Below are positions 7,359 through 16,164 of a stretch of 21,164 nucleotides of DNA, piece by piece. Source of the stretch: a bacterium (GTDB lineage Bacteria; Babelota; Babeliae; Babelales; JABCYS01); NCBI GenBank assembly GCA_027452085.1, contig DAIDHG010000013.1:1538-22701 (forward strand). Reading direction: 5' to 3'. The notes under the pieces are model-generated. The model saw nothing but the letters and a program-made list of their open reading frames with translations. It was not told where the DNA came from and did no database searches. The position numbers were made by a program, and so were the translations under genes. Each line of letters starts with the position of its first letter. Within the stretch, counting starts at the first letter, position 1.

Positions 7359-9027
7359 AGCTAAAGGTGCCTATTTTTGTATCCGATTTGATAAAATTCT
7401 TCGCCACTTTTTGTACCGTGTCCGAGAGCGGATAGCGATACAGCTGAGAGAAGCGCACTTCATCCATAATTGAACGTTCAAGCGGGAACGCTACAAATAG
7501 GTTATTGGTCGTCTTAAAGTTGATGAATGGCTTATCGACCCCAGCAATAATGACTTTACGCAGCTCATCAAGAGTCTGCACCTTCTTGCCATTCACTTCG
7601 CTGATCACGGTGCCGATGCCAATTGCACGTGAGCGATGCGCTTGAGAATCGGGGAATAAATGGGTGATTACTAATGCTGGTTCAAGCTGCTCTTTTGTTT
7701 CCCAATATTTGCTCAGTTCACGTGCCACCTTTTCCAGCGTTGCCACATGGTTCAAGGTTAATGGCATGATTACCATGCCGCCAATAATCTCGTAATCGAC
7801 CGGCTCATAATCGGCATAGATCATGCGAATTGGCAACAGCTCAGACAGACCAAAAGTAAGATTAATATCTTTGCGTTTGCCCTGGCGATACACTACCACA
7901 TGCACATCCTGGCCAAGCTTTAGGCGAGACACATAATCGGAGATGGTGATCTTATCATCGCTCCACGGCACATTCAGTTCACCATAGTTATCAATTTTGT
8001 GCCCATCGATTTCATAGATCATATCGCCGGTGCGCACGCCTGCCTTATCCATGAGGCTTTTATTATAGACCTCAACCACATAGACCCCGCCCGGCACTGG
8101 GTTGCCAAGGTACGTGGCCAGCGCATCACTCGTGGTCACCGGCACAATGCCAAGAAATGGCTTGCGCAACAACGGCGTGTTGTGCAAATTGTCTAAAATA
8201 ATTTTGAGCTCATTGACCGGGATAATGTAGTTGGCATTTTGTGCACCGACGATAGATGCTGCATTTACCCCAATAACCTGGCCGGCACGATTTAATGATG
8301 GGCCACCTGAGCTGCCTGGATTAATGGGCGCCGACATTTGTATAAAATTCTGGCCCCCGATGCTTTCGCGGCCGCTGACAATCCCCGTGGTTGCCTTTAA
8401 TGAATGCTGGGCCAGCGGATAGCCAAGGGCAATGATTTCGTCGGCACGATGCACATTGTCTGAATCACCCAGCGTTAAATATGGTATTGAGCCAAGCACA
8501 CTGCGCACTTCAGCTAATGTTTCTTTTGTTAATTGCAATAAAGCAAGATCACGCTCAGGACAGACGCCGATAACGTTCACATCAATAATGCGTTTGCCAA
8601 GCGAAGGTATTTGGATCCAGACCGAACGGGCATTATTTACTACATGCCAGTTGGTGATAATTTTGCCACTATCTGAAATGAAAAAGCCGCTGCCAAAACC
8701 TTGGCCTTGATTTGGTGTGCGATACGGTTGCAAAAGATCGATCTCAGCAATTTGCGAAAAAACTTGGACCACAGTGTCTTTTGCCTTTTGTTGGAGCTCC
8801 GCCCAGCTGAATGATTTGGACGCCGTTGCCGCGGGGTCAGCTATTTGATCTGATGGACTTTGTATGCTTGGCCGTTGTGTAGCTGGCTCAATATACAACT
8901 CACGTTGTTCATTAATTAATGCAGATAATTGATCATGGAGCTTTGCTTGCTGCTGCCAGATAAAGCCCATAGCGCCAAATAATGAAGCACACACTATGCA
9001 GATTAAAACGCCAAAACTTCTACTCAT
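7351..9027 (-). CDS. Deg/HtrA-type trypsin-like serine protease with PDZ domains and an N-terminal membrane anchor (558 aa)
   Basis: GSGFFI, ITNWHV (His), DLALL (Asp), INPGSSGGP (Ser), two PDZ-like regions. Start reassigned to ATG 9027 (MSRSFG) because the longer ORF overlaps glyQS. Confidence 0.9.
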   Translation of the reverse strand: MSRSFGVLICIVCASLFGAMGFIWQQQAKLHDQLSALINEQRELYIEPATQRPSIQSPSDQIADPAATASKSFSWAELQQKAKDTVVQVFSQIAEIDLLQPYRTPNQGQGFGSGFFISDSGKIITNWHVVNNARSVWIQIPSLGKRIIDVNVIGVCPERDLALLQLTKETLAEVRSVLGSIPYLTLGDSDNVHRADEIIALGYPLAQHSLKATTGIVSGRESIGGQNFIQMSAPINPGSSGGPSLNRAGQVIGVNAASIVGAQNANYIIPVNELKIILDNLHNTPLLRKPFLGIVPVTTSDALATYLGNPVPGGVYVVEVYNKSLMDKAGVRTGDMIYEIDGHKIDNYGELNVPWSDDKITISDYVSRLKLGQDVHVVVYRQGKRKDINLTFGLSELLPIRMIYADYEPVDYEIIGGMVIMPLTLNHVATLEKVARELSKYWETKEQLEPALVITHLFPDSQAHRSRAIGIGTVISEVNGKKVQTLDELRKVIIAGVDKPFINFKTTNNLFVAFPLERSIMDEVRFSQLYRYPLSDTVQKVAKNFIKSDTKIGTFSYA

Positions 9028-9150
9028 AAAAACACCCAAAATATTTAAAAAATGTACGGATAAGAACAGTAACACACATACTCTTGTTTGCAAGTCGGTA
9101 CAGACGAAGGTAAGCTGTCCGCCACTCAAAATTTGTATAAAGGTACCTGT

Positions 9151-10473
9151 ATGTCGATCAATCAAAACACATCTCCTACGTTAGAAGATATTGTTTCATT
9201 GTGTAAACGCCGCGGCTTTGTATATCCATCTGCAGAAATTTATGGTGGTCTGAATGGTGTATATGATTTTGGGCATCTGGGCACCTTGTTGAAAAAAAAT
9301 ATTCGTGCTGCATGGCTGCAGTCAATCCAGCAGGCAATTCCTCATGGCCAGATTGTACAATTTGAAGGGCCGATCTTGGGCCCGCAAGCCGTTTGGGAAG
9401 CTTCGGGGCACTTGAAAAACTTTCATGATCCGATGGTCGATTGTCTAAATTGCAAGCATCGCTATCGCGCTGATGAGATCGATTTAAATAAGCCATGCCC
9501 TCATTGTGGGATCAAAAATTGGACGGCGCCACGTCAATTCAACATGATGTTCAAAACTCATGTTGGTGCTATGGAAGATGGTTCATCTGTTGCCTATCTG
9601 CGCCCGGAAACAGCACAATCTATTTTCATTAATTTTAAAAACATCTACACCACCAGCCGCGTGAAAATGCCATTTGGTGTTTCTCAAATTGGCAAAGCAT
9701 TCAGAAACGAAATTACCCCGAAACAGTTTTTATTCCGCATGCGCGAATTTGAACAAATGGAAATTGAGTGGTTCTGCAAAAAAGAAGATGCGCTTGCTTT
9801 TTATGATACATGGTGTGCGTCGCGCTTTGCTTTTTATCAAAGCATAGGTATTCGTTCGTCACACACTCGCTTGCGAACGCATGAAAAAGATGAGCTTGCT
9901 CATTATTCAACCGCAACATCTGATGTTGAATATCAGTTTGCATTTGGCTGGAAAGAGCTTGAGGGCATAGCCTACCGGGGCGACTTTGATTTAAAACAAC
10001 ACAGCGAGCACTCAGGAAAAGATCTCTCGGTCTTTGATGAGGAAACCAAGACGGCATACATACCACACGTGGTTGAATGCTCAGTTGGCGTTGATCGACT
10101 CTTTCTCACCCTATTTTTTGACAGCTATTACGAAGATGAAGCTGAAGGCGAAAAACGCATTGCTTTACGTTTTCATCCGCGCATTGCCCCATATAAGGCA
10201 GCATTCTTTCCGCTGACCAAAAAACAAGAGCTGCAGATGAAGCCAATTTACGAGCGCATGGTGCAGGCTGGATACTCGGTTGTCTATGATGAATCTGGCT
10301 CTATCGGTAAACGCTATCGCCGCCAAGATGAAATTGGTACGCCCGTTTGTTTCACCTATGACTTTGAAAGCGATATGGATATGATGGTAACGGTTCGTGA
10401 TCGTGATAGTATGAAACAGGAACGGATTGCGATTGATAGAATTGAAGAGTTCATGAAGAATTTATTGAAGTAG
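9151..10473 (+). CDS. glyQS: Glycine--tRNA ligase, homodimeric (alpha2) type, 440 aa
   Basis: CKRRGF, YLRPETAQ, GKAFRNEITP, FRMREFEQME, ELEGIAYR, GSIGKRYRRQDEIGTP; ATG 9151 follows AAGGT. Confidence 0.96.
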   Translation: MSINQNTSPTLEDIVSLCKRRGFVYPSAEIYGGLNGVYDFGHLGTLLKKNIRAAWLQSIQQAIPHGQIVQFEGPILGPQAVWEASGHLKNFHDPMVDCLNCKHRYRADEIDLNKPCPHCGIKNWTAPRQFNMMFKTHVGAMEDGSSVAYLRPETAQSIFINFKNIYTTSRVKMPFGVSQIGKAFRNEITPKQFLFRMREFEQMEIEWFCKKEDALAFYDTWCASRFAFYQSIGIRSSHTRLRTHEKDELAHYSTATSDVEYQFAFGWKELEGIAYRGDFDLKQHSEHSGKDLSVFDEETKTAYIPHVVECSVGVDRLFLTLFFDSYYEDEAEGEKRIALRFHPRIAPYKAAFFPLTKKQELQMKPIYERMVQAGYSVVYDESGSIGKRYRRQDEIGTPVCFTYDFESDMDMMVTVRDRDSMKQERIAIDRIEEFMKNLLK

Positions 10474-10495
10474 GGTCAACATCGCAAGGCGCTTG

Positions 10496-11068
10496 ATGCT
10501 GAAAAAAATATATAATTGGATGGGCACACAGGTGCACACGCCCTATGCAGAACCAGGATTAGCGCTCCTCTCATTTCTTGAGTCGCTTATTTTTCCACCG
10601 GTTGCCCCGGTGCTCGTATTATTTTGCGTTGAAAATAAATCGCGCGCGTATCGCTATGCAGCCATTGCAACGGTCTGCTCGGTGCTTGGTGGTATCGTGG
10701 CATTCTATATCGGCTATGCATTATGGGAGGCAGTTGGGCAGAAGTTAGTGCGCTCCATAACCACGCCAGAAACTTTCTCAGGCGTGGTCAAACAGTTTAA
10801 GGAGTATCAAACATTGGCGATACTCATCGGTTCGTTTACGCCCATTCCATATAAGTTATTAGGAGTTACAGCTGGTTTCTGCCAGCTGTCTTTGTTTGGA
10901 TTTATTACCTACTCGCTCATTGGCCGAGCGGCGCGCTATTTTTTACTCGCGCTCGCTTTGAGTTATTGGGGCGGTGAAATAAAATCGATCATTGATCGTT
11001 GGTTTTATCAGTTAGTCTTGCTATTTATTCTGCTTATTGGGGCAGGATTATTTATGATGCGTCTCTAA
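10496..11068 (+). CDS. YqaA/DedA (VTT/SNARE-associated) family membrane protein
   Basis: SFLESLIFPP, SVLGG..FYIG, FTPIPYKL and GRAARY motifs; multiple TM segments. Start is TTG 10493 or ATG 10496. Confidence 0.85.
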   Translation: MLKKIYNWMGTQVHTPYAEPGLALLSFLESLIFPPVAPVLVLFCVENKSRAYRYAAIATVCSVLGGIVAFYIGYALWEAVGQKLVRSITTPETFSGVVKQFKEYQTLAILIGSFTPIPYKLLGVTAGFCQLSLFGFITYSLIGRAARYFLLALALSYWGGEIKSIIDRWFYQLVLLFILLIGAGLFMMRL

Positions 11069-11084
11069 AGACGGGTGTTCATAT

Positions 11085-12917
11085 ATGAAAATTGGTAGTT
11101 TACAAACATCTCACATTCCCTCCCACCTGAAAGAGAGTATTAAATCATTGGGCATTGTATTTGGTGATATCGGAACGAGCCCCATATATACCTTATACGT
11201 TGTATTCTTGCTGATTCAACCAACTATGTTCAACATCCTGGGTGTGCTTTCACTCATTGTGTGGACCTTGATTACGGTAGTGACCATTCAGTATGCCTGG
11301 TTGGCCATGAGCTTAAGCCAAAAAGGCGAGGGCGGAACAATTGTATTGCGAGAGATATTAGCCCCCATGCTCTCAAAGCGGATGGCCGCGGTGTTTACGA
11401 TTTTATCGGTCATCGGCATCTCATTTTTGATTGGCGATGGCGTCATCACACCAGCGATCAGTATTCTTTCCGCCGTTGAGGGGTTGCGATTAATCCCAAC
11501 CTGGGAATACATTCATCAAAACTTACTGATGCTCATCGCCTGCATCGTGGCAGTTGTTCTCTTTATTTTTCAACGAAAAGGCACCGAAACAGTTTCGGTT
11601 GCTTTTGGGCCGGTGATGGTTATTTGGTTTTTAGCATTGGGCATTTCGGGCTTTAACGCCATTTTAACTAACCCTTCGGTGCTCTGGGCATTAAATCCCT
11701 GGCATGCCGTGCACTATATTATCAGCTCGCCTTTGACCGGCTTGATCGTTCTTTCAAAAGTTATTCTCTGCGCAACCGGCGGCGAAGCATTATATGCAGA
11801 CATGGGCCATTTGGGGCGATTACCTATTATTCGTGCCTGGGGCTTTGCCTTCATTTTATTGGTGCTCAACTATCTGGGGCAAGGGGCATATCTGAGCTTG
11901 CATCCTCAAAGTGAATATATCTTTTATGAGATGATGTATGCGGCAGCACCATCGCTCTATGTACCCTTTTTATTCTTAAGCTTAATTGCCACCGTTATTG
12001 CTTCGCAAGCAATGATCAGCGGAATTTTTTCAATTGTCTATCAAGGCATCACCACCAATATCATGCCAAAGCTTAAGGTTGACTATACCTCACGCAAATT
12101 GCGCTCACAGATCTATATTCCCTTTATTAACTGGGCATTATTAGTGCTCGTGATTATTGCAATTTTGGAGTTTCGTGAAGCGGCCAACTTGGCCAACGCG
12201 TATGGCTTAGCGGCTATCTGCACGATGACGATTACGAGCATCATGATCACTACCATTTTCTGGCTTAAAGGATGTTATATTAAGGCTGGCATTGCGTTAT
12301 GCATGATGGCAATCAATGGCCTGTATTTAGTTGCCAGTATTTCCAAGATTCCCTATGGCGGCTATTGGTCGATTCTCATTGCCATGATTCCGCTGAGCAT
12401 TGTGCTGATTTATACAGCAGGCAAGCGTCGCTTATATAATCTGATTCGGCCAAAAACATTGCGTGAGTTTGCAGATCGATATGAACGAACATTGGTGGAC
12501 GCAACACGCATTCCTGGCACCGGCGTCTTTTTCTCCAAAGGGGTATCGCGCATTCCATCCTACATTGTGCACATCATGTTTACCAACAACATCATGTATG
12601 AAGATAATATTATTGTTTCAGTTGCCACGCAGGATAAACCGTTTGGCGTAACCGCATCATTTACCCAACAGCTGGCGCCCGGCTTACGTCTTTTTGAGAT
12701 TCGGATGGGCTATATGGAGATCATGAATCTGAGCAAAATCTTGAAGATGGCTAATATTGATCCGAAAGTTATTTTCTACGGCCAGGAAGAGATTGAAACA
12801 CGCAATGTCTTTTGGAAGATTTTCGCATTGATCAAAAAACTCACACCATCGTTTGTGCAATTCTATAAGTTGCCAACCAATAAATTGCATGGCGTTTTAA
12901 TGCGCGTTGAGATGTAA
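11085..12917 (+). CDS. kup: KUP/HAK/KT potassium transporter
   Basis: LGIVFGDIGTSPIY, GEGG, GDGVITPAISILSAVEG, TGGEALYADMGH, IASQAMISG. Confidence 0.96.
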   Translation: MKIGSLQTSHIPSHLKESIKSLGIVFGDIGTSPIYTLYVVFLLIQPTMFNILGVLSLIVWTLITVVTIQYAWLAMSLSQKGEGGTIVLREILAPMLSKRMAAVFTILSVIGISFLIGDGVITPAISILSAVEGLRLIPTWEYIHQNLLMLIACIVAVVLFIFQRKGTETVSVAFGPVMVIWFLALGISGFNAILTNPSVLWALNPWHAVHYIISSPLTGLIVLSKVILCATGGEALYADMGHLGRLPIIRAWGFAFILLVLNYLGQGAYLSLHPQSEYIFYEMMYAAAPSLYVPFLFLSLIATVIASQAMISGIFSIVYQGITTNIMPKLKVDYTSRKLRSQIYIPFINWALLVLVIIAILEFREAANLANAYGLAAICTMTITSIMITTIFWLKGCYIKAGIALCMMAINGLYLVASISKIPYGGYWSILIAMIPLSIVLIYTAGKRRLYNLIRPKTLREFADRYERTLVDATRIPGTGVFFSKGVSRIPSYIVHIMFTNNIMYEDNIIVSVATQDKPFGVTASFTQQLAPGLRLFEIRMGYMEIMNLSKILKMANIDPKVIFYGQEEIETRNVFWKIFALIKKLTPSFVQFYKLPTNKLHGVLMRVEM

Positions 12918-13125
12918 GCAATAGGAAAAGCTATGGGCTACACCAATCTCTTTGCTCGGATTGTTTTGCCAAGTTGGCACCCATTAAGGGCTTTCTCGAG
13001 TTTTCTCATATGTCATTTGATCATGACCAGAAATCTTTCATGTAGTTTTATAAATCATAAAACCGTAGAAGATTTAAAACTTACGTTGCTGGGCATGGGT
13101 CGAGATAGATTTAAAAGTTTCTATC

Positions 13126-13473
13126 TCATCCCAAATGTTGCTTAAGCAACTGGCATACTTGTTGCACCGCAGAACGAATGCCGGCCTCGTTGGTAATAGG
13201 ATTGAGTATTAATGAATCATGAATTAACCCGAGATAACGCGTAGCGGTAACTGAAACACCTGCTTGCTTCAATTTACGAGCATATGCTTCGCCCTCATCT
13301 CAGAGCACATCACATTCGTTCGTCATCACATAGGCAGGCGGCAATCCTTGTAATTGCTCAACTGATGCCTGCAGCGGAGCAGCAATCGAATTTTTTCTGT
13401 CAGCTGCTTTGGGCACATAGGCATCCCAAAACCATTTCATACTTTCTTTTTCTAACCAATAGCCCTTTTGCAT
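13126..13473 (-). pseudogene. C-terminal remnant of an HSL-family alpha/beta hydrolase (Abhydrolase_3 esterase) with an in-frame stop
   Basis: Manual translation: MQKGYWLEKESMKWFWDAYVPKAADRKNSIAAPLQASVEQLQGLPPAYVMTNECDVL*DEGEAYARKLKQAGVSVTATRYLGLIHDSLILNPITNEAGIRSAVQQVCQLLKQHLG*. TGA at 13300-13302 replaces the Arg of the consensus DVLRDEG. The HGG and GDSAG regions are absent. Confidence 0.88.
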
Positions 13474-13504
13474 TGAGGCTGCTCAAAATTTGTCATTTTC
13501 TCAC

Positions 13505-13550
13505 CAAAAAACCGAAAAAATATCAAAAAAACTGAAAAAACATCAAAATA
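13505..13550. repeat. Imperfect ~20-bp tandem repeat forming five phased A-tracts
   Basis: caaaaaaccgaaaaaatat / caaaaaaactgaaaaaacat / caaaata; A-runs start at 13506, 13515, 13525, 13535 and 13545. Confidence 0.6.
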
Positions 13551-13580
13551 ATGCTTAGGCAGTATCGACATTTAAAAATT

Positions 13581-13615
13581 TGATATAATCAATCCTCAAA
13601 GTAATTATTTGAGGA
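13581..13615 (+). promoter_or_regulatory. Putative IS extended -10 promoter plus SD-sequestering hairpin
   Basis: TGaTATAAT at 13581-13589; stem TCCTCAAA (13593-13600) / TTTGAGGA (13608-13615) covers most of the GAGGAG SD before ATG 13620. Confidence 0.5.
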
Positions 13616-13619
13616 GATA

Positions 13620-14386
13620 ATGATGGATAAAAAGCGCGGTCGTGCTCGCTATGAATTAACAACGGAGCAGTGGCACAAAATTAAGGATTTATTGCCTGGC
13701 AAGGCTGGGGATCGTGGCAGAACAGCAATAGACAATCGACTTTTCGTAGATGGTGTATTGTGGATCCTGCGATCAGGAGCTCGGTGGTCAGATATGCCCG
13801 AGAGGTATGGCAAGTACAAGTCGATTCACAAACGATTTACTCGCTGGGCAATGAAAGGAGTCTGGGAAAAGATATTTATGCATTTGGTTAAAGACCGTGA
13901 TAATGAATATCTTATGATAGACAGCACTCTGGTTAAAGCGCATCACCAAGCCACCACATATAAAAAAAAGGGCAGGCTTTGGGGCGTTCCAGAGGTGGCC
14001 TGACGACTAAAATCCATATGATGTGCGATGCTTTAGGCCTTCCAGTAAAGTTCATATTAACTGCAGGTGAGGCGAGTGATTTTGAACAAGCAATTCCTCT
14101 TTTACATGGTGAACAACCTGGATATGTGGTAGCAGACAAAGGATACGATAGCAACGAAATTGTTGACTTTATCCAACAAATCAACGCAATTGCGGTCATC
14201 CCACCACGATCAAATCGACTTCATCAACGCATTTATGATAAGATCATTTACAAAGAAAGAAATTTGATAGAGCGGCTTTTTAACAGGCTCAAGCAATTTA
14301 GAAAAATAGCTACCAGATTTGAAAAAATACGGATCAACTTTGAAGCACTGATTTATCTGGCTTGTTCATATTTATGGTTGATCTAA
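13620..14386 (+). CDS. IS5-family DDE transposase, probably made by -1 frameshift (orfA 13620-14003, orfB to 14386)
   Basis: OrfA has LWILRSGARWSDMPERYG..IDST; orfB has ALGRSRGGLTTKIH..ADKGYD..RNLIERLFNRLKQFRKIATRFEK. A8G run at 13962-13970 (A_AAA_AAG) joins the frames. Confidence 0.92.
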
Positions 14387-14430
14387 ATGTCGATACTGCC
14401 TAGAGGCCATCCAATCAAGAAACCCTTTGT

Positions 14431-14478
14431 AAAAAAATACCATGACGTGGTTAATAATGTGCCACGGCATGGTATTTT
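14431..14478 (-). terminator. Probable intrinsic terminator of the nurA-like gene
   Basis: Minus strand AAAATACCATG-C-CGTGG..CCACG-T-CATGGTA followed by a T7 run, starting at the nurA stop codon. Confidence 0.65.
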
Positions 14479-15586
14479 AAATTCCAATACTTCTTTTTTG
14501 AAAACTTTTTCTCGAAATGGCATATCGTTGTTTATGTTCGATCGAAAGTTTTTGTACCGCATGGTAGAAAAAATCTCTATCTGGGCCTTTGACCACGGCA
14601 GCTTCGTGCGCCTCGGCTAAAGAAATAGGATAACCGCGACCTTTATGAATTTGATCAAGCACGAGCGAGGCAACTTGATCGACAATAGATCTATCCTGGG
14701 CCATCCAGGCGGGCAGTTCAACCCGACCAATTTCCTCCTCACCATTCAGATAAAAGAAATGTGGCTTCAAATGATCTGGATATCGTTTGCTTATGGCGGC
14801 CTGGTTTGCAAAAATTCCACTGCGTTTATTATGATCAAGATAAAAGTTAACAACGTTGGCATCACATAATTTAAAATCGATCTGCCGCTTTGAGCGCATA
14901 TATTCATAGGCTCGAATTAAGCCAATGAGTTCCTTACTTTTAGGATAGCTAATATAGCTTGCCATCCAAATGCCATTGCGGGCCGCTTGATCAAGAGAAC
15001 TTAAATAAGCGGGCAAGAATCGTTCTTTGGTAACTTCATCTTTCGCTTCTAAGTGCCAAAAAATTAAGGAACCATCAAATAAGATCAGCGTTGTTCGTCC
15101 CTGCCCTTCTGCCACAATCTTCATACCTTGAACGACGCCAGCACGTAGCTCAAACTCTTCTCGAAGGCAGTTAATAAGATCAGTGCCGTCATCGCCGCCT
15201 TCTTCATCAGCCGTAAAAATAACTGATGGTTCAGCATGCCGGAGCATAGTTGATTTTGTTTGGTTGTAGGAAAATTGCACTGAGCCGATATTGATTAATG
15301 AGCAGGCGGCAGATTGATGGCGATCAGGATAAATTTGTGAGCCATCAACAGCTAAAATAGTGTAATTGGCTGGCGTAGGTGCAATGGCATGGCTGGCATC
15401 CACCGCTCCATGCCATGCGGGCACCGACCAGGGGAGATTTACCGCAGCAACCTTTTGGCTAAAAAGGGGATCATCAGATAGTTGCTGCCACATTTCGCGA
15501 GCGAGCTCAACCTCTGGTGAATTGTCTTGAAATAAACGTTCGACTTGCTGCTGAAGCTCTTTAAATAATTTGCCGCGATCTAACAT
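14477..15586 (-). CDS. nurA: NurA-family nuclease (RNase H-like fold)
   Basis: ILAVDGSQIYPDRH, ILFDGSL, GRVELP and GYPISLAEAHEAAVV are NurA-domain motifs. Confidence 0.85.
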   Translation of the reverse strand: MLDRGKLFKELQQQVERLFQDNSPEVELAREMWQQLSDDPLFSQKVAAVNLPWSVPAWHGAVDASHAIAPTPANYTILAVDGSQIYPDRHQSAACSLINIGSVQFSYNQTKSTMLRHAEPSVIFTADEEGGDDGTDLINCLREEFELRAGVVQGMKIVAEGQGRTTLILFDGSLIFWHLEAKDEVTKERFLPAYLSSLDQAARNGIWMASYISYPKSKELIGLIRAYEYMRSKRQIDFKLCDANVVNFYLDHNKRSGIFANQAAISKRYPDHLKPHFFYLNGEEEIGRVELPAWMAQDRSIVDQVASLVLDQIHKGRGYPISLAEAHEAAVVKGPDRDFFYHAVQKLSIEHKQRYAISRKSFQKRSIGI

Positions 15587-15669
15587 AGTTTATGTCCATC
15601 ATCTTGCAGTAACCGTGCGTGCGGTGTAGGCTGTCTTCACTATTAAAAATTCAAAAGGGAGTTTACCTG

Positions 15670-16164
15670 ATGTCAGGGCATATAGCACGTCTTTGCTTAT
15701 TCATTTCATTAGTTTCGACATCATCGCAGATGATTGCTGATACAAAATCATGGTGGTCATTTGATTTTTCAACCACAGCGTCAGCACAAACCGATATTGC
15801 GGAAGAATCAACCCCGCAAGAAAAGCGCCCTTCATTTTTAAAGCAATGCCAACAATGGACGGGCCCCGTATTAGTTGGTTCAGCATTATTAATAGGCGAG
15901 CATATATACAATCGCTTTCAGAGAAACAACCTCAGAAAATTGTTTAATGAAAACATGGCTGAAACACGCAATGTTATGGGCGAAGAATTTACCAAACAGT
16001 TTGAAAAGCAGGCAAAGGAAATGCGCGAAATTAAACAAGAGCTACAACAGATTCGCCAGCGAAATGAAATTCTCACAGCCGCACTCAATGAGGCCATGGG
16101 CAATGATGACAATGACCGAGAAGAAGAAAATAACCAAGAAAGGAAAAACAATGAAAATGAATAA
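15670..16164 (+). CDS. Exported hypothetical protein: signal peptide, one hydrophobic segment, coiled coil, acidic tail (164 aa)
   Basis: ATG 15670 follows GGGAG; MSGHIARLCLFISLVSTSSQMIA signal-like; WTGPVLVGSALLIG hydrophobic segment; E/K/Q heptads. Confidence 0.7.
   Translation: MSGHIARLCLFISLVSTSSQMIADTKSWWSFDFSTTASAQTDIAEESTPQEKRPSFLKQCQQWTGPVLVGSALLIGEHIYNRFQRNNLRKLFNENMAETRNVMGEEFTKQFEKQAKEMREIKQELQQIRQRNEILTAALNEAMGNDDNDREEENNQERKNNENE

Larger units (their letters stand above)
13558..14400 (+). mobile_element. Complete IS5-family insertion sequence (IS427-like subgroup), 843 bp
   Basis: Perfect 17-bp terminal inverted repeats GGCAGTATCGACATTTA (13558-13574) and TAAATGTCGATACTGCC (14384-14400), TA on both flanks (13556-13557, 14401-14402), two-ORF transposase. 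Confidence 0.95.

Noticed and set aside
9028..9165. Long N-terminal extensions of the Deg protease (from 9165) and GlyQS (from 9088)
   Set aside because: They would overlap head-to-head; ATG 9027 and ATG 9151 give sensible proteins and a 123-bp divergent spacer.
13300..13302. TGA recoding (alternative genetic code or selenocysteine) in the esterase remnant
   Set aside because: psd and tlyA end in TGA at the expected C-termini, the consensus residue is Arg (one transition from CGA), and the gene is also 5'-truncated.
12933..13535. Plus-strand ORFs 12933-13145 and 13284-13535
   Set aside because: No recognisable motifs; the second is antisense to the esterase remnant.
14387..14869. Plus-strand ORFs 14387-14620 and 14645-14869
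   Set aside because: Antisense shadows of nurA; the first starts inside the IS right inverted repeat.
15947..16150. 68-aa N-terminal extension of the 499-aa ORF
   Set aside because: It overlaps the upstream gene; ATG 16151 has an SD and exposes a signal peptide.
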